Assembly: GCA_002633005.1 (NCBI GenBank)
Contig: NMRA01000215.1
Coordinates: forward strand, 412,852-476,851
Reading direction: 5' to 3'
DNA: 64,000 nucleotides
Source: Phoronis australis
Lineage: Eukaryota; Animalia; Phoronida
The position numbers were made by a program, and so were the translations under genes. Of this stretch, positions 25,516-38,914 are shown piece after piece. The number at the start of each line of letters is the position of its first letter. Position 1 is the first letter of the stretch. The notes under the pieces were generated by a model. It was not told the origin of the DNA. It worked only from the letters and a program-made list of their open reading frames with translations, and did not search any database.

Positions 25516-27290
25516 GTCACCATTGAGAGTATAACGTACATTACAGCTATTCACAATAGTTTTTTTTATTTGAGAACTGTAATGAATTTAACGATTTAGG
25601 TAATTAAGAGCTTCGTTTTTTGCTTAGGTGCAAGTTGTATTTAAGAATAAAATCACGTTTGAGATAAGCAGGCAAAATGCAGATCTGTGTAAAACATAGG
25701 AAATAGTAATAAACATTTTCAACGTACATTACAGTTGTATCTTATCTGTTTGGGAACTGCCAAAATGTACCACCAAGTGTTGATTGTTTCTATATTAAGT
25801 CTTTACCGAACCTACAAATACATTTTAACAGTAGTTACGTTGAAACTGGACCAAGCAAAAACAAGTGTCAATTTAACGAAATGTACGTTACATTCAACTT
25901 GGTTTTCTAAATGCATACCATTACATATAATGGATTGGTGTGACGAAGTATATTACACTTTTTCAGATTTTATACTCATGAATTCCTTCAAATAATGCGG
26001 AGAAGTTTTAATGCTCACAGTGTACATTGTTTGAGAAGAAACGGAAAGGAGGTCGCCATGCGCTGTTTTACCTGCACATCGTTTACAAAAAATGCCACAT
26101 TTCAATACCACGTGTATTTTTTTGTTTGCCTTCCGTCGTCATGAAGCAGATTGAATAAGTGTTTTCACCAAACGTATTTTTTTGTTGATTTAAATGTTTT
26201 TTACGTGGTTGATTACTCTAATAAAACGTTATGTTCTATTTTTCTATGTGCTTGGTATCGTACATTTCTGGTAACAGATTTGTAGATTTAAGTACCATTT
26301 TTAAAAGTTCAATAAAGAAAGAACCCTTCGAGACCACATGCTACTTCTTTCTGATTCATAACCCTAAAATAGCACTTTGTTTTGATGAGTCAAATTTGAC
26401 AATAACGAATGAACTTTATTTTTGTGAATTTTCATTTCGCATTTGGTCATTCTTATTGAGAATGAACGCAGTGTCCTCTCTCGCAAGACACCACACCTTT
26501 CTGACTTCTTCACGATTTCTGCACTGACCACTCAAGCTGAGTGCAGTTCCAGGACTTCGCGTACTCAACTTAATTTTTTTGCAGATGGAAAAACAGGATC
26601 AGTGGGAACATGAATTCACAATTTCACCATCAACTTTCGCATGGTCACAAATAGGATTATTTTATTCTAAGTCAGCCCGGTTCCGCAATGTTTGTTGACA
26701 CGATTAGATTAGAGCAAGTGTCCTTCTACAAGCTCCGCCCCACTTGTCAGTCACTGAGCCGGTGAGCAGTCAAGCCTGATGACGACATACTCAAGCTTGA
26801 TCAAATACAACTAAAGAAGAAACTTTGGATTTTCAGAATGATTTTACTTTTCTTCACTATACTGGGCATCAATAATTAAACATTACATTAACATAAAAAA
26901 TGTAAAACACATTCAAAATTATTTTTTGCGTTCTCTCTGCCCGCGCAATGTCAGCTTCCGGTCTGTGTTATCGCAGCCTCGCTTGGGATTCAATTACCGC
27001 TTTGTGAAAAATTGGAAATTTCTTGAGTCATAATTTTGGGTAGTACGCAGAATGGCAGCGGCATTAGAAAAGTCTTTGAAGTATTAGTGTCGAACTTGGT
27101 AAGCCTAACAGCTGAATGTACTCCGGATTCTGAGTGGTGGATGTTTTCATATTACCAAACCTGCTAACTGCGAAGTCAGTAGGCAAAGACAATGACATCT
27201 TGTGTTGTGGACACTCTTGTGGAGTATTTGAACTGTCTGTTATCTTGCGTCTGCACGAAGTCCTTTTGTTCGCCAATATGTAAGGAAAAT

Positions 27291-28052
27291 GGTAATTGTT
27301 TACAATATGACGACAATGACTTGGACATATGATTTTGGTATCGTTCGATTCCTCGCAATGTTATCTTTCCAAATATACACAGAAATTTCTCCTACCCCGT
27401 TCCCTTAGTTTTTTATTGTGAAATTTCTGCTCGCACTATTTCCTGGTACTCGGTGCGAAACCGCCATGTTGAATGGATAAGGAGTCACCTGGCGGTCAAA
27501 AACTGAACTAATCTACCGACTTGCAGATCGTCGCTTTTCATAAGTTCAAATTGACCGAGACCCGTCAATCCCCTGCCCGAGTTACCTAACCAAGGGTTCG
27601 AATTTGATCCTATGGTGACCCTGATATACGCTTCTGCTAGCAATAATCTGCCAAAAAAGCGGAGGTTGTTTTTGAGGTCCAGATTTGTGAAAAAGTATCA
27701 CTTCAGACAATTTCATGGAAAAATGGTCAAATGGTCACAATTCTAAAAAATGGAAAAAGTAAAATGCTTCTACTTGTGCATCCACCATATTATGTCAGGA
27801 AAACTTTAGCGGGAATCTCACGCGGGCAACCACCATTCAGAATCAATAATGCTGTTTCATTCAATAACAATAGGTGTCGCTGTTATCTTGAGTTGAGCTA
27901 ACATGGCGGTGTCCACCGGGAAATAGTGCTAACTGAAATTCGACGATAAAATATGAAGGAAACGCGGTAGGGGTTCAATTCATATATTTTTAGAAAGATG
28001 ACGGCGCGAGGAATCGAACGATACCATTGTCGTCATATTGTAAACAATTACC
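27291..28052. repeat. Inverted duplication (arms 27291-27470 and 27900-28052) with promoter/first-exon-like features
   Basis: Each arm read outward gives AACATGGCGG...GGAAATAGTGC...GTAGG...GCGAGGAATCGAACGATACCA...CATTGTCGTCATATTGTAAACAATTACC. Confidence 0.75.
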
Positions 28053-31000
28053 AGGAAAAGTCCTGGAAATCCCGGTGGTTATTTGGAGAAAAGTGGCGTA
28101 AACGCATCCCTCTTCAAAATGCCTACCGAGTACACCGTAACGCTGAACCAGTTTCACTGAATAACAGACATTGCCGTTATTCAGTGACAAGTAGTTCTTT
28201 GCAGCCACTCCGTTTATGCCACTCCATATGTTAACAAGGCAAAGTAAAGTGACGATAACCAGTAGATTGCGGAGTTAAAGCAGAAAGAAAAGTAATAGAA
28301 TGTCTTGTCTCAGTCACAAGTGTCCACATATTTGTTTCCTGTGGAGCAAATGGCCGCTAGTTGTCATTACGGTCCATGAAGCAGCAATGATCCCCTCCGG
28401 CCGTCCAATGGTATTTTGTTTCCCACTCTCAGTGTTCTCCACAACAGAAAATTCAAACTCGACTTGAATTTCAAAAATTCATGTACATGTGTTAATAAGT
28501 CAGTGTGGGGAGTTTGAAATAAATACATCAAACTGGTACCAAAAGTCCAAATTGTCCTAACTGCTTTAGAAATGACTAATCTCCCAACGTTTCAAACTTG
28601 TTGCACAGGTTTTTAAACTCTACGCAAGTGAGCCAAACTCGTCACAACCTCTTGTCCAGATGAACAATTTCCCATGTTAGCCACTAGGTGTCTTTAAAAA
28701 TCAAAGTAAACTTTAAGCTTAATCAAAGTGTTCCTTTTGATGTCTAGATGTAATGTTTTAATGTCAAAATGACAAAATGGAATAGTTGTTCCCTAAAACT
28801 AACTAGTTGATCCCATTCAGTTGTTGTTAATGTGAATTTTTTGTGAACACCAGTTGTTTGTCATAAAGAACATTTTGATGTCAACTGCTCATCATTCAGA
28901 TGGAATGCAGACTGTCTCTGACAGACTGCAATCACTCTGTGGAGCAGCGTAGAATCGAATTTCAGAGGCAACCCTGTACCAGGAGCACCTAAGGGTTCTG
29001 GCCCTGGTCACCTGGTAGTAAACTGTATTGATGGGGCAGTATAAAGACAACCAAGGATAAGCATGACTGCTGTTGCCATTTAGCCAGCTTCATGTAAGTC
29101 GAAACTGTCTTGACGGGGCAGTATAAAGACAACAAAGGATAAGCATGACTGGTGTTGCCATTTAGCGTGTGTCATGTGAGTCAAACAGCCTGCAAGTAGC
29201 CACCAATGCTGTTGCCATTCAGCCATCGTGTCATTAAGGAACCAGCCATCAATACTGTCTCCTTCGAGCCGATTTTCATGATAACATGTCCACACCAAAT
29301 ACAGCAAAAGCTGAAGTTTTACTTTAAAATTGACTTAAATTTTAGATTTGTCTAAGCTAAGTCAGTTCTCTTACAACGGGCCCCTGGTCTCGAGCAGTAG
29401 CGAACTGCCAGTTGTTTCCAAGCCTAGTTATCATGCCTATTTGGACGGCCATTTTAGAGCAATTTGATAAGAGCAGCTAAGTGATCTAAATGAAAAATTG
29501 TTTTTTTGTGGTGGGTTTCGGTTTTTTAGTCACATTTACATTAATTCATAGAACCAAGAATTGGCAAATACTCAGAAAACATGGGTTATGCCTTGTACAA
29601 GGGACGCCTGCCTATTCCAATATCCAAATTTAGGCACGTGTCTGTGCGGAACATTGGGAAAAATGTTTCATGAAAAAAAAAACATGTTGGATATAGGCAC
29701 GTAAAGTAGGCGAGTGTTGACATTTCTACCCTGATCCTAATCCTCTCTTTCTGTGTTCGGTACGTGATTATTCAGAGTGGGGATCAGGTGGTCTGTTGAA
29801 TCGATTCTGACACAAGTTTTTACTTTCTTCACAAGTTTCTTGCAAAATTAAACTCGGGCTCTGTGACCCTTGCAAAACACGAAAACATAGAACAAGTTTT
29901 TCTTTTCTTAATAATGCGAGTTTAAACAATCGGAATTGTGAGAGAGCAGAAATCTGTTTCAATATCACTGAGATTATGACCGCCTGAACATCCAAGCAGT
30001 GCCTTTCTTATTTAAAACAAATGTTACTTTTGAGGTATAACATTCTCGTTGCAAATTTTGGTTTTACTGACGTTAATGGTAATATTCACTGTTAGATACA
30101 CATAGTGTTGAGTTTGAATTTCTTTTGCAGACTGCTGGCCGGTTTACTTGAGGAGTTGTGGAATCATAAATGAATATTTAGGTGAGTGAGAAGACATGGA
30201 AGCAGAATTGTTAGGATTTCAATTGTTATGCATACACATATAGATATGTGGATGTCATCTCTGTTCGGCCAATGTCCACCATCTAGTGCTGTATCTCCTA
30301 AACCCCTTGATGGATGTTAGTGAAATTGAGCATGCATTTTAGTTTCATAGTTTCAGAGTAGTGAATGTTTTTACAAGACCAAATGGAACCCTGCTAACTG
30401 CGATGTTGGTTAATCGATGCAAAGCCAATGAAGATGTACCGTCATGGCTGCCTGACCACATAAACAAGAATCCTGAATGATGTACAGGACATGGGTATGG
30501 AGTGTAGTTTGTATTGTATGTAGATCGCAATCTAGTTGATGGGGGTAATCACGTTGATATCTTGCATTTAGTCTTGTGTGATCTTGTGTTAGCACGAGAT
30601 TATCTTGTCTACGTGATGTTCGCCAACAAGTAAGGAAACGTCTTGGAAATCCGTGTGGTTATTTGATGCAGCACCGTCCTCAGACATAGTGCATAGAAGT
30701 CTCTTATAAAGTACTTGATGAGGTCTCCAATAAAACCAAATGGTACGGTCGCAAATGGTTACAGCTGCAGGCACAAAACAAGTATATACAATGTAGCACA
30801 GCTGTGTCCAAGGGTAATAATGACTCGAAGAAGCACACAGATCACAATAAGCGACAGATGCTAGTCAGAGGTCAAATCGCTGGACATAATTCACAGCATT
30901 GGCAGTGGTGTATCTATCACTACATGAACCATGAAACACATTATGGCATGGTATTCCCTCCACAGCACTGAAGGTTAAGAACTATATCTAGGGCACCAAA

Positions 31001-31689
31001 ATGTTAGGTTCAAGGACACAATAAGCATTGTCACCTCACAGAAAGCATAGATGACACATTTGTATTCACTCCTTGGTGTTCCGGTTAGAACAGTATTAGA
31101 CTGATAGTGCCATCTGTTCGTTTGCAATGTCAATTGATGCAGCACAGTACCCACAATAACTGTACACTACATAGTCCAGAGTAAAATCATGTTAACCAGA
31201 AGATTGTGGAGTTAAAGCATAAAGGAAAATAAGAATGTTTTCTTCGGTGCGAACAGCTAGGTGTCGCTACGGTTTATAAGACAACAATATCCACCACTGG
31301 CTGTCAAATGGGATTTTGCCAAGGAGATTTGATTCCGTCTCTACGGTCTCTGTGAACACCAAACTGGTGTTGAAACACTTGTCAGTGACACCTGTTGTCC
31401 AGTTGAACAGTTTCCAGTTTTAGCCACTAGATGTCTCCAAAAAAATCAAAGTAAGCTTTATGCTTAATTAAAATTAAGTGTTTCTTTAGATGTTTAGATG
31501 TAACATTTTAAGGTTACAATGACAAAACGGAATAGTTGTTCCCTAAAACTAGCCAGTTGACTCCATGAGGTTTATTGTTAATATGAAAGTTTCTTCGTCA
31601 GTTATTTCCAAGCAATTAAGCAGACTCTCCAACAGACTGCAATCATTCTGTGAAGCTACATTGAAACAAATTTCAGGGACAACCCTGTT

Positions 31690-33050
31690 GCTGGGTTGCC
31701 CAAAATTAATAAACCAGAACCCATACCGGTTCGACCGATCGTTAGCTGCATTGGTTCAGTCACTTACACCTACAGCAGGATAACACTCTGAGTGACAGAA
31801 CAACTCTATCGATAGACAACATTTGCCACCTACTGGAGCTAACTCTCAAGTCCACTTACTTCTCTTTTGATGGGAACATTTACATCCAGTCCAATGGATG
31901 TGCCATGGGCTGTCCTGTTTCCCCGATTGTGGTGAACTTATACATGGAGAACTTTGAGAGAAATGCGTTAGCGTGCTATGATGGAGTTCCACCTAGGCTC
32001 TGGCTGAGGTATGTAGATGACACGTTTGTAGTGCTAAAAAATTCTGAAAAGATAGGGTTCTTCGAACACATCAATCAATGTGATATCAATATCAAGTTTA
32101 CTCAAGAGTAATCTAGAGACAACTCTTTACCGTTCCTGGATTGTTTAGTGACTGTTACAGACAAGCGTATCAAGACCAAGGTTTATAAGAAGCCCAATCA
32201 CACGGACTACTATCTTCCGTTTGACTCCAATCACCTGTTGATTCACAAACTAGGCGTGATTACAATGTTGGACTATCGAGCGAGAACCATCCCCAACACA
32301 GAGGAGGACATTAATTTTGAAATAGAACACAACAGAACAGTGCTGAAAAGATGTGGCTACCCGAAGTGGTCATTCCACAAGGCAAACCACGGCAGAGTCA
32401 AGCCTCAGAACACGCAGCCTGACAATAGGGGAAACATCAAGATAGCATTGCCTTTTGTGCCAGGGATCGCTGACCAGATCAGATCACATGTGAGGGGACA
32501 CGATATTGCTGTTGTATTCAAACCTGTTAACACCATAAGGAGTCAATTGTTAAATGTGAAAGACAAAACCAGCAAAGAGAAAACATCAAATGTGGTGTAT
32601 GGCATTTCATGCTCGGAACCAGGGTGTGGAGCTGCATACTTTGGGGAAACCAAACAAGCCCTGAAAAGTCGTTTCAACCAGCATCGGAGGTCCAGTTTTG
32701 AGGACTGCTATGATTCTGCAGTTTTTAGTCACATGGCTTCCACAGACCACTCTTTCGCCATGGAAGATGTGAAGATCCTGGATAGAGAAGAAAATTGGTT
32801 TCGGAGAGGGGTCAAAGAAGCTATCTACAAGAGAATTGAGAATCCTAGCCTCAATAGACGGGGGGGCTGCGGTTTCACTTACCTAGGANACATGGGATAG
32901 GGCGCTGAAGAGAATCCCGTGGAAACTGTACAACAGATCACATGACAAGTCACATGACAACTCAGTGGCCTGATGAAGTCCTCGAGAGGAGGACGCAACG
33001 TAGCCATCTCCACGTACTGTAAGTCCAGTAATAGATTTATTGATTCTTAT
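31690..33050 (+). mobile_element. 5'-truncated Penelope-like retroelement (RT plus GIY-YIG endonuclease)
   Basis: GLPKINKP-PVRPIVS, QSNGCAMGCPVSP, WLRYVDDTF, VYKKPNHTDYYL, and VYGISC...YFGET...RFNQH. Stop at about 32110 and an internal deletion near 31770. Boundaries set by the empty paralogous site at 28970-28990. Confidence 0.93.
32965..33007 (+). ncRNA. Minimal type I hammerhead ribozyme motif with a core mutation
   Basis: GTGGC-CTGATGA-A-GTCCTC(GAGAG)GAGGAC-GCAA-CG-TA-GCCAT: stems I and II intact, GAAA replaced by GCAA; located in the PLE 3' end. Confidence 0.75.
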
Positions 33051-36000
33051 AGGAGCACCTAAGGTTTCTCGCCCTGCTCACTTGGTAGCAAACTGTCCCT
33101 ACAGGTCAGTATAAAGACAGCCAAGGGTAAGCATGACTGGTGTTGCCATTTAGCCAGTGTCATGTGAGTCAAACAACCTTTAAGTAGCCACCAATCCTAT
33201 TGCATTCAGCCAACGTCGCATTTAGAAGACGGTCATGAATATTATCACCTTCCAGCCGGTTTTCATGCTGACGTAGCCACGCCAATACCAAATACAGTAA
33301 AGGCTGAAGGCGAGATCGTCCGATTTTGCAAAGCTGTCTAGAAGATTCTCCCCTCATATTCATCATCATTCAAATAAAATTGGTTTAAGTTGGCTATTTT
33401 CGCAGCTTTGCTTTGTTGCTGAGTGCTGAATCGAACGCGTCACAAGGTAACAAATCTTGGACTTCTGACTGCTTTTGTTTGAGGTTTAGGAACAGAGATG
33501 TGTGTCAGTAATAAAAGATGCCTGTTTGTGGCAACATTCTTTCTCTGACTGTTTTCTACACTGCAGACTATAAAAACTAAGTCTGTAATAGAAATTGTTT
33601 ATTGTTTTAATGGTAAAATCAGCAGAAGAAAAGAGAAATAACACACAGTGCAACAGAATGAGGCGAGTTGACTTTTACATCACTAATCTTATTACCACGT
33701 AAAATGTGAAATTTGAATTGGGGAATGTGTCGTTGGCACTAAAACTGCTACAATCATCAGATTCCATTTTTAAAGGTTTATTACATTTGCCACAAATACA
33801 CAGGATTGTGTCAGATTGATGATTGAATTAGTGTACAAACCATGTAAAGCATGAGGTAAAAGTTGAGTTCGGTATTCCTCTGTTATGTCCTGAATTAGTT
33901 GTTGTCTGTAACTCAAATCCACATTCTACTGTCTTTCCAGATTTTGAAATACTAGCAATTGACCTTGAGTTAAAGAAAGACACCGAGGTTGTCTCTGAAA
34001 GGTAAAAATTTATGAAGCAGTGTTGATGGGATGTTTAACAGTCTTTGTTTAGAGATGCATTCACTGAGTCTGAGGCTTGTCACCAACACTTGTGAGATAC
34101 TACTATACTTGACATTTCAGTATGCAAGCCTGTGACATATATATTTAATTCATGGCTTTACCAGGATTGAAAGCCTATGTTTGGCTGTGACGAATATAAA
34201 TTACTATATAAATGAACACTGTAACCGGCATTTAAATGGAAAATTCATGGGCCATTTTCCTTTGTAACATATGCTTACAGTAGCCGTTTGCTTAAGGAAA
34301 GGTTATCCCGTAACAAATTTATGAAATAATATTGATCTTGGTTTAGACCTTCATGTCCATTTCCTGTGAAATTGGTGAAAATATTTGGTTGTAATCATAC
34401 AATTTTTTTCAGTTTTTCATTCACAGAGGGATCAGTTCTTGTATTGGGCAACATAAATTTTGACAGCTAGGTATATCTCACAGACCTGTGTACCATATGC
34501 AAAAAGTACGGATTCGTACACAAGTACGCACGACCAGGCAAAAATTCGCAAATTCAGTAAATTCAAAAGAGATTATTAATTCGCTTGTTTCTCATTAAAT
34601 ACGCCGATTTGTAGTGAAAACGGACGAGGAAGAACATTTTAAAGTTGGAAATAAAAAAATATTGTAAAATCATTCATTTTAGCCAAAAAGTTGAGCTGTA
34701 AACTCGAATAACATGCTTTGTTTCATTCTCGAAATAACCTGATAATCGGCGAATCCCGAGGCCTCTTCTGTCGGTATGTGTGTCACAGGCCTAACCTATA
34801 AGCAACGACTTCTGTGATTTGTGGATTGCTTACTTCGTCTAATTCCGGCTATTTACAGCTAAATACGTACTGTTGACAAAATGGTAAAGCATGAATGGTC
34901 TCATATTCCGAGCTGTGAAGAAAGTAGCTTCTGAAAGAAAGGCACATCTGTTTTTGCCACGTTGTTCCAAAGAATGACAATATCATATTCAAGATAGCGT
35001 GGAATTTGTACTGCAAGTTGAGTTGTATAGCGCATGTTTTTTTTTTGCGGACATGCACTGCACTGACTTCTTAGCATGTTAAGCTGACGATAATACTCGA
35101 GCCACATTCGAGTCTCAAGCCTCAAGCCTCGAGGTCTTTTCACATGCAGTACGGTGGTACGTGTTCACAGACTCTTGCAATGAATAATTATTCAAAACTT
35201 TTGTGAATGATTAAGAAAATGTCGTCTGGTGCAAAACATTGTCCTGTGCAGATTCATCAACTCATTTTTGCAGCAGATATGTTTTTGTGTTAAGAAATGA
35301 GGTGTACATTAGGCATGTACCGGTATTGCCATAACTAAGTTCAGTAAGGATATTTTGTATTAATTAACAGGTTCTTTTCACTAAGCCCGTTGTCCCTCAA
35401 CTAAAGAACTTAAATTATTCTGAAAATTGGTGATCAGTTCACTACGTGTATTTTAGAAACTGTTTCAGAGGCAGTTAAGTAGGAAAGGTACCCATGCGCG
35501 TACCCAGCGGGAGGGGGGCTTGAATGAGTCCCCCACTTGACAAAGTGGGCAAAAAGGTCCTGAGAGAAACCAAAAGTCCGAGAAAACGAGACAAAAGTCC
35601 ACTAAAGAGGCAAGAATTCGGTGAATGCTCTGAACCCTGAGCAAACCCGTGTTTTTTTTAGTGCTGCGAAAAATTCACCCCCCCCNCTCCTATATTTTAG
35701 GGTAAATTTAGTACGTACGCGCAAATCTGCAAACTTACTGAAAAATCTGCAAATCTGTTGTTCACAGTACTCCAATGCAGCTTTGGTGGTACACAGGTCT
35801 GATCTCATGTGCACTGATTTTTCACTGTTGGCCATTTTGTTATTAACGATTCCTGAAACAATTTTGCATATTATGTCTCTCAGGGCTCGACATTAAGGGT
35901 TGTCCGACTGCCCGGGCCAAACCAATTTGTTGGTACGGACAAGCTCACGACCGAGTGAATTTTTGGAAACTAGTAAATCTGAATGATCAGAGCTTCTTCG

Positions 36001-37469
36001 TACCAGTGATAACTCACTTGTTTAGTCATCGGTGTTGGTAAGATGTGGCGCAAATCGCCAAAGTGTTGGTAGATTATGCAGGAGCTCATGATTGGACGCG
36101 ATTTGAAGCACTTGCATTCTAATAGTTCTAGCCAAAGTGACGTGTTCTCATTTAAATACACGGCTGTATTTCACGTAATCTGGCAATTCCTTATGGACTT
36201 TTTATGCTGTGTTTCAACTACAATGTCCTGTGCTACATATTAATTTGCTTGTCAATTGTTGTTTTTATATGCCAGGTTTTCAAATGATGATGTTCAGAAA
36301 GTGAACCAACAGACCAAAAAAGACCCCGTAGTTGGTAAATGCGGAGGATATAAGCCTTGGACAGGACACATTTAGTCTTTTCTCAAAAGATTAGATGTTT
36401 TTATTTGTTTTAACAAGAATATGAAAGGGCATGAATGTTTACGTTTTAAATCAGTGCTTTTCTTATATCTTGACAATGTTTGTCAAATTTTTACATTGAT
36501 ATGTGATGGCTTTGTGGATGAACGGATGCTTGAATTTTTCAAATGACAAAAGTTTTTGTGAAAACTGTTGGTGGTGCTGAACATTGCCCTCCAAACATTT
36601 TACTAACACCTAGCTGCATACCTTATTAATACAGTACTTTGCTTTATATTATAAAATGATAGTATTCTTGTGAAGCTTTGGTATGAGTGTTCATGAGAAT
36701 GATGACTCTGAATGTAGTGTGGATCAGAAACACTAATTATATCTGAATGCTTTGTGCTGAAGAATTCATCTCTAGGTTTTTCTGTGTTCTTTTTGTTGGT
36801 TTTGAAAATGAAAATAGAAGTTATGCAAGTAATATTCAAAATAAGATATTGAACGTATGTTTTATTTGTTGTTATTTATTGCAGGCTACGGTATATCAAC
36901 CAGACTTCTGTTTTTGAATGGTTTTGCTACGACCTATATGACATACCTACATTCACAGGTAGACTTCAGGACTGACTTTTATGTTTTTAGTGCCAGTGTA
37001 ATTGATGAATTATTCCTTCTTGCATTGTCTGACTAACTCATTAATTAACTATCATTTAAGGTTATGTCCAACCTTATTTAGTGGCCTCCATTCTAACACT
37101 TATATCAAAAAAACTAAGCTTTGTCAACTAGTAAAAGTAAATATTTTCTGAAAGAACAAAGACCAGGAAATATAGATATACTTTTTGTATTTATCTGTCA
37201 TTATTGTTTTTATGTAAAATCCTTTTTTAAGTAAAAATTTCATTTTTAAGAAAGGTACATTCATAGCAAAATAACCCCTCGGTCGATTTTAATGAAACCT
37301 TTTTTAAATGAAAACTTCATCAATTACCTCAAAAACGCTGTTAGGAATTTTCGATTAGTTTGTTCGTTTGGTTTCTATGACAAATAAACTCGCAAAACGT
37401 AAGGTATTTGTGTAAAAAATTGAAGTCGTATTCGTCTTTGCCACACACAAAAACTAAGCTTTTATATCA

Positions 37470-38297
37470 AAAATCCTAACAGCGTTTTTGAGATTGGTGA
37501 CTAAATTTTAAGTTTGCAAAGTTTCAGCGAAATCCATCGAGCCATTTTCGAGAACTCGTGATCCTAAATTCAAATAAAGTTGATTTGCCGAAGCCGAGAA
37601 AAAGCCGATTAAACTGGGACATGTGAAAATCTCTAAGTCTTTGGTTAATTATTCTGTGAAAACTTGTTTTCGGTATACATAACCTATAGAATCCCTAACT
37701 ATGTCACCTATTTCAATGTTTTATTGCAATGTCAACTAATTTTGCAGTGCGTAGCTAACTTAAATATCATTAAAACCTCAAATAGACCTATCTTTCGCAG
37801 CCAACTTCTGCCGTTTTGTACAACCTATTTAGAAAAGTAGGTCACAGTTCATAGCCTGTACACGTCACGTGCTGTGAGACTGATACCAAACCAAGTAAGA
37901 AATGGATAACAAAAATTGAATTGGTGGTTAAAGTAAGTCGTTAACATGAAATCGAAACATCGAAATGTTGACTTAATAATTGAGTTGAGGAATAAGGGGG
38001 AGGATTTATCTCTTTTCACAACTTTCTGTGTTCATGACCAGACTGAGGCCTGAGGCAACTCGTAGCATTCGTTTTAAACGTCAACGGTCATATGCATGTA
38101 GACGCACAACTCCCTTAGGATCAAAGCTTTGTTTTGTCTTCGTTTTCCCCGACACCATTCTATCATAACCACACCTCGTTTGTTCAATGTTATGGCGAAT
38201 TTGTGAATGAAAGGACTGAGGGTATACCGAAGCTGTTCTGTACCTGGCGGGAGACTCGATTTACTTGAAAGCCCTTTAACCTTTGACCTTGGATAAG
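37470..38297 (+). mobile_element. Dispersed DNA-transposon-like repeat, second copy at about 51968-52757
   Basis: Colinear from AAAATCCTAACAGCGTTTTTGAGA to AACCTTTGACCT.GGATAA in both copies. Confidence 0.7.
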
Positions 38298-38345
38298 TGG
38301 TAAACAAATATCATATATACATTTATTTTGTTCTGTCACTTGCAG

Positions 38346-38734
38346 TTCCATTAAAAAAGCAAATGCACATCGCTGACGGTGAACAAAAGCGACATCTTGT
38401 CGTACTACTCTATCATCTCTTGGATGGAAATGAATGTAATGACAGAACCTTAGGAAAAAGAGACTTGCACAAACAACTGTTACTTCGAAGTCAAAGGCAT
38501 GTTTTATTTTGGTGTAAATACTTGACTTTGTGTGCCACTTGTGATGTTGCAAGTAGTTTTGAGAGAGAAAGACAGGAAAAATACCAAAGTTTGTTTCTTA
38601 GTACGTTGCAGCGGCATTCATTGTTGACTGATATTCAACATTTTGTTGTGAGTGATCATGTTTGGAAAGCTGTAGTGACAACCGGCAAGGTGGCACATAA
38701 GTCCTCCGATGAACTGGATGAAATAGATTCACTG
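38346..38734 (+). CDS. IAP exon A, copy 1 (unassigned N-terminal domain; ATG at 38363)
   Basis: CACTTGCAG acceptor, open frame, CTG/GTAAGT phase-0 donor. Confidence 0.7.
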
Positions 38735-38914
38735 GTAAGTTGAATGTTTCTTTCTGTTGTTTAGTTCTCGATGAATCTCATGAATTGTTACATTGAAATT
38801 TTGACATGGAAGTAACGAATTCTATTTACTGCATTCTGTTGGGCACAAAACTGACTCGGGTTTTTCTGATAATGTCTTGCCCTGATGAATCCGGTTTCAA
38901 AAAGGAAGTCGGCA

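Larger units (their letters stand above)
28250..33306 (+). repeat. Old direct duplication (about 28250-29310 vs 31190-33306), second copy interrupted by a Penelope-like element
   Basis: Colinear blocks such as GGAGTTAAAGCA, GGAATAGTTGTTCCCTAAAACTA, AGGAGCACCTAAGG and AAGCATGACTGGTGTTGCCATTTAGC. Confidence 0.85.
30131..36958 (+). other. Four candidate upstream micro-exons of the IAP transcript: 30131-30181, 33941-34001, 36276-36334, 36885-36958
   Basis: Each has a pyrimidine-rich CAG acceptor and a GT donor, and they join into one open frame. Whether they are coding or 5' UTR is unresolved. Confidence 0.5.

Noticed and set aside
29030-29165. Tandem 87-bp duplication with TATAAAG as a promoter
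   Set aside because: Local slippage within an old duplicated segment; no linked exon or other support.
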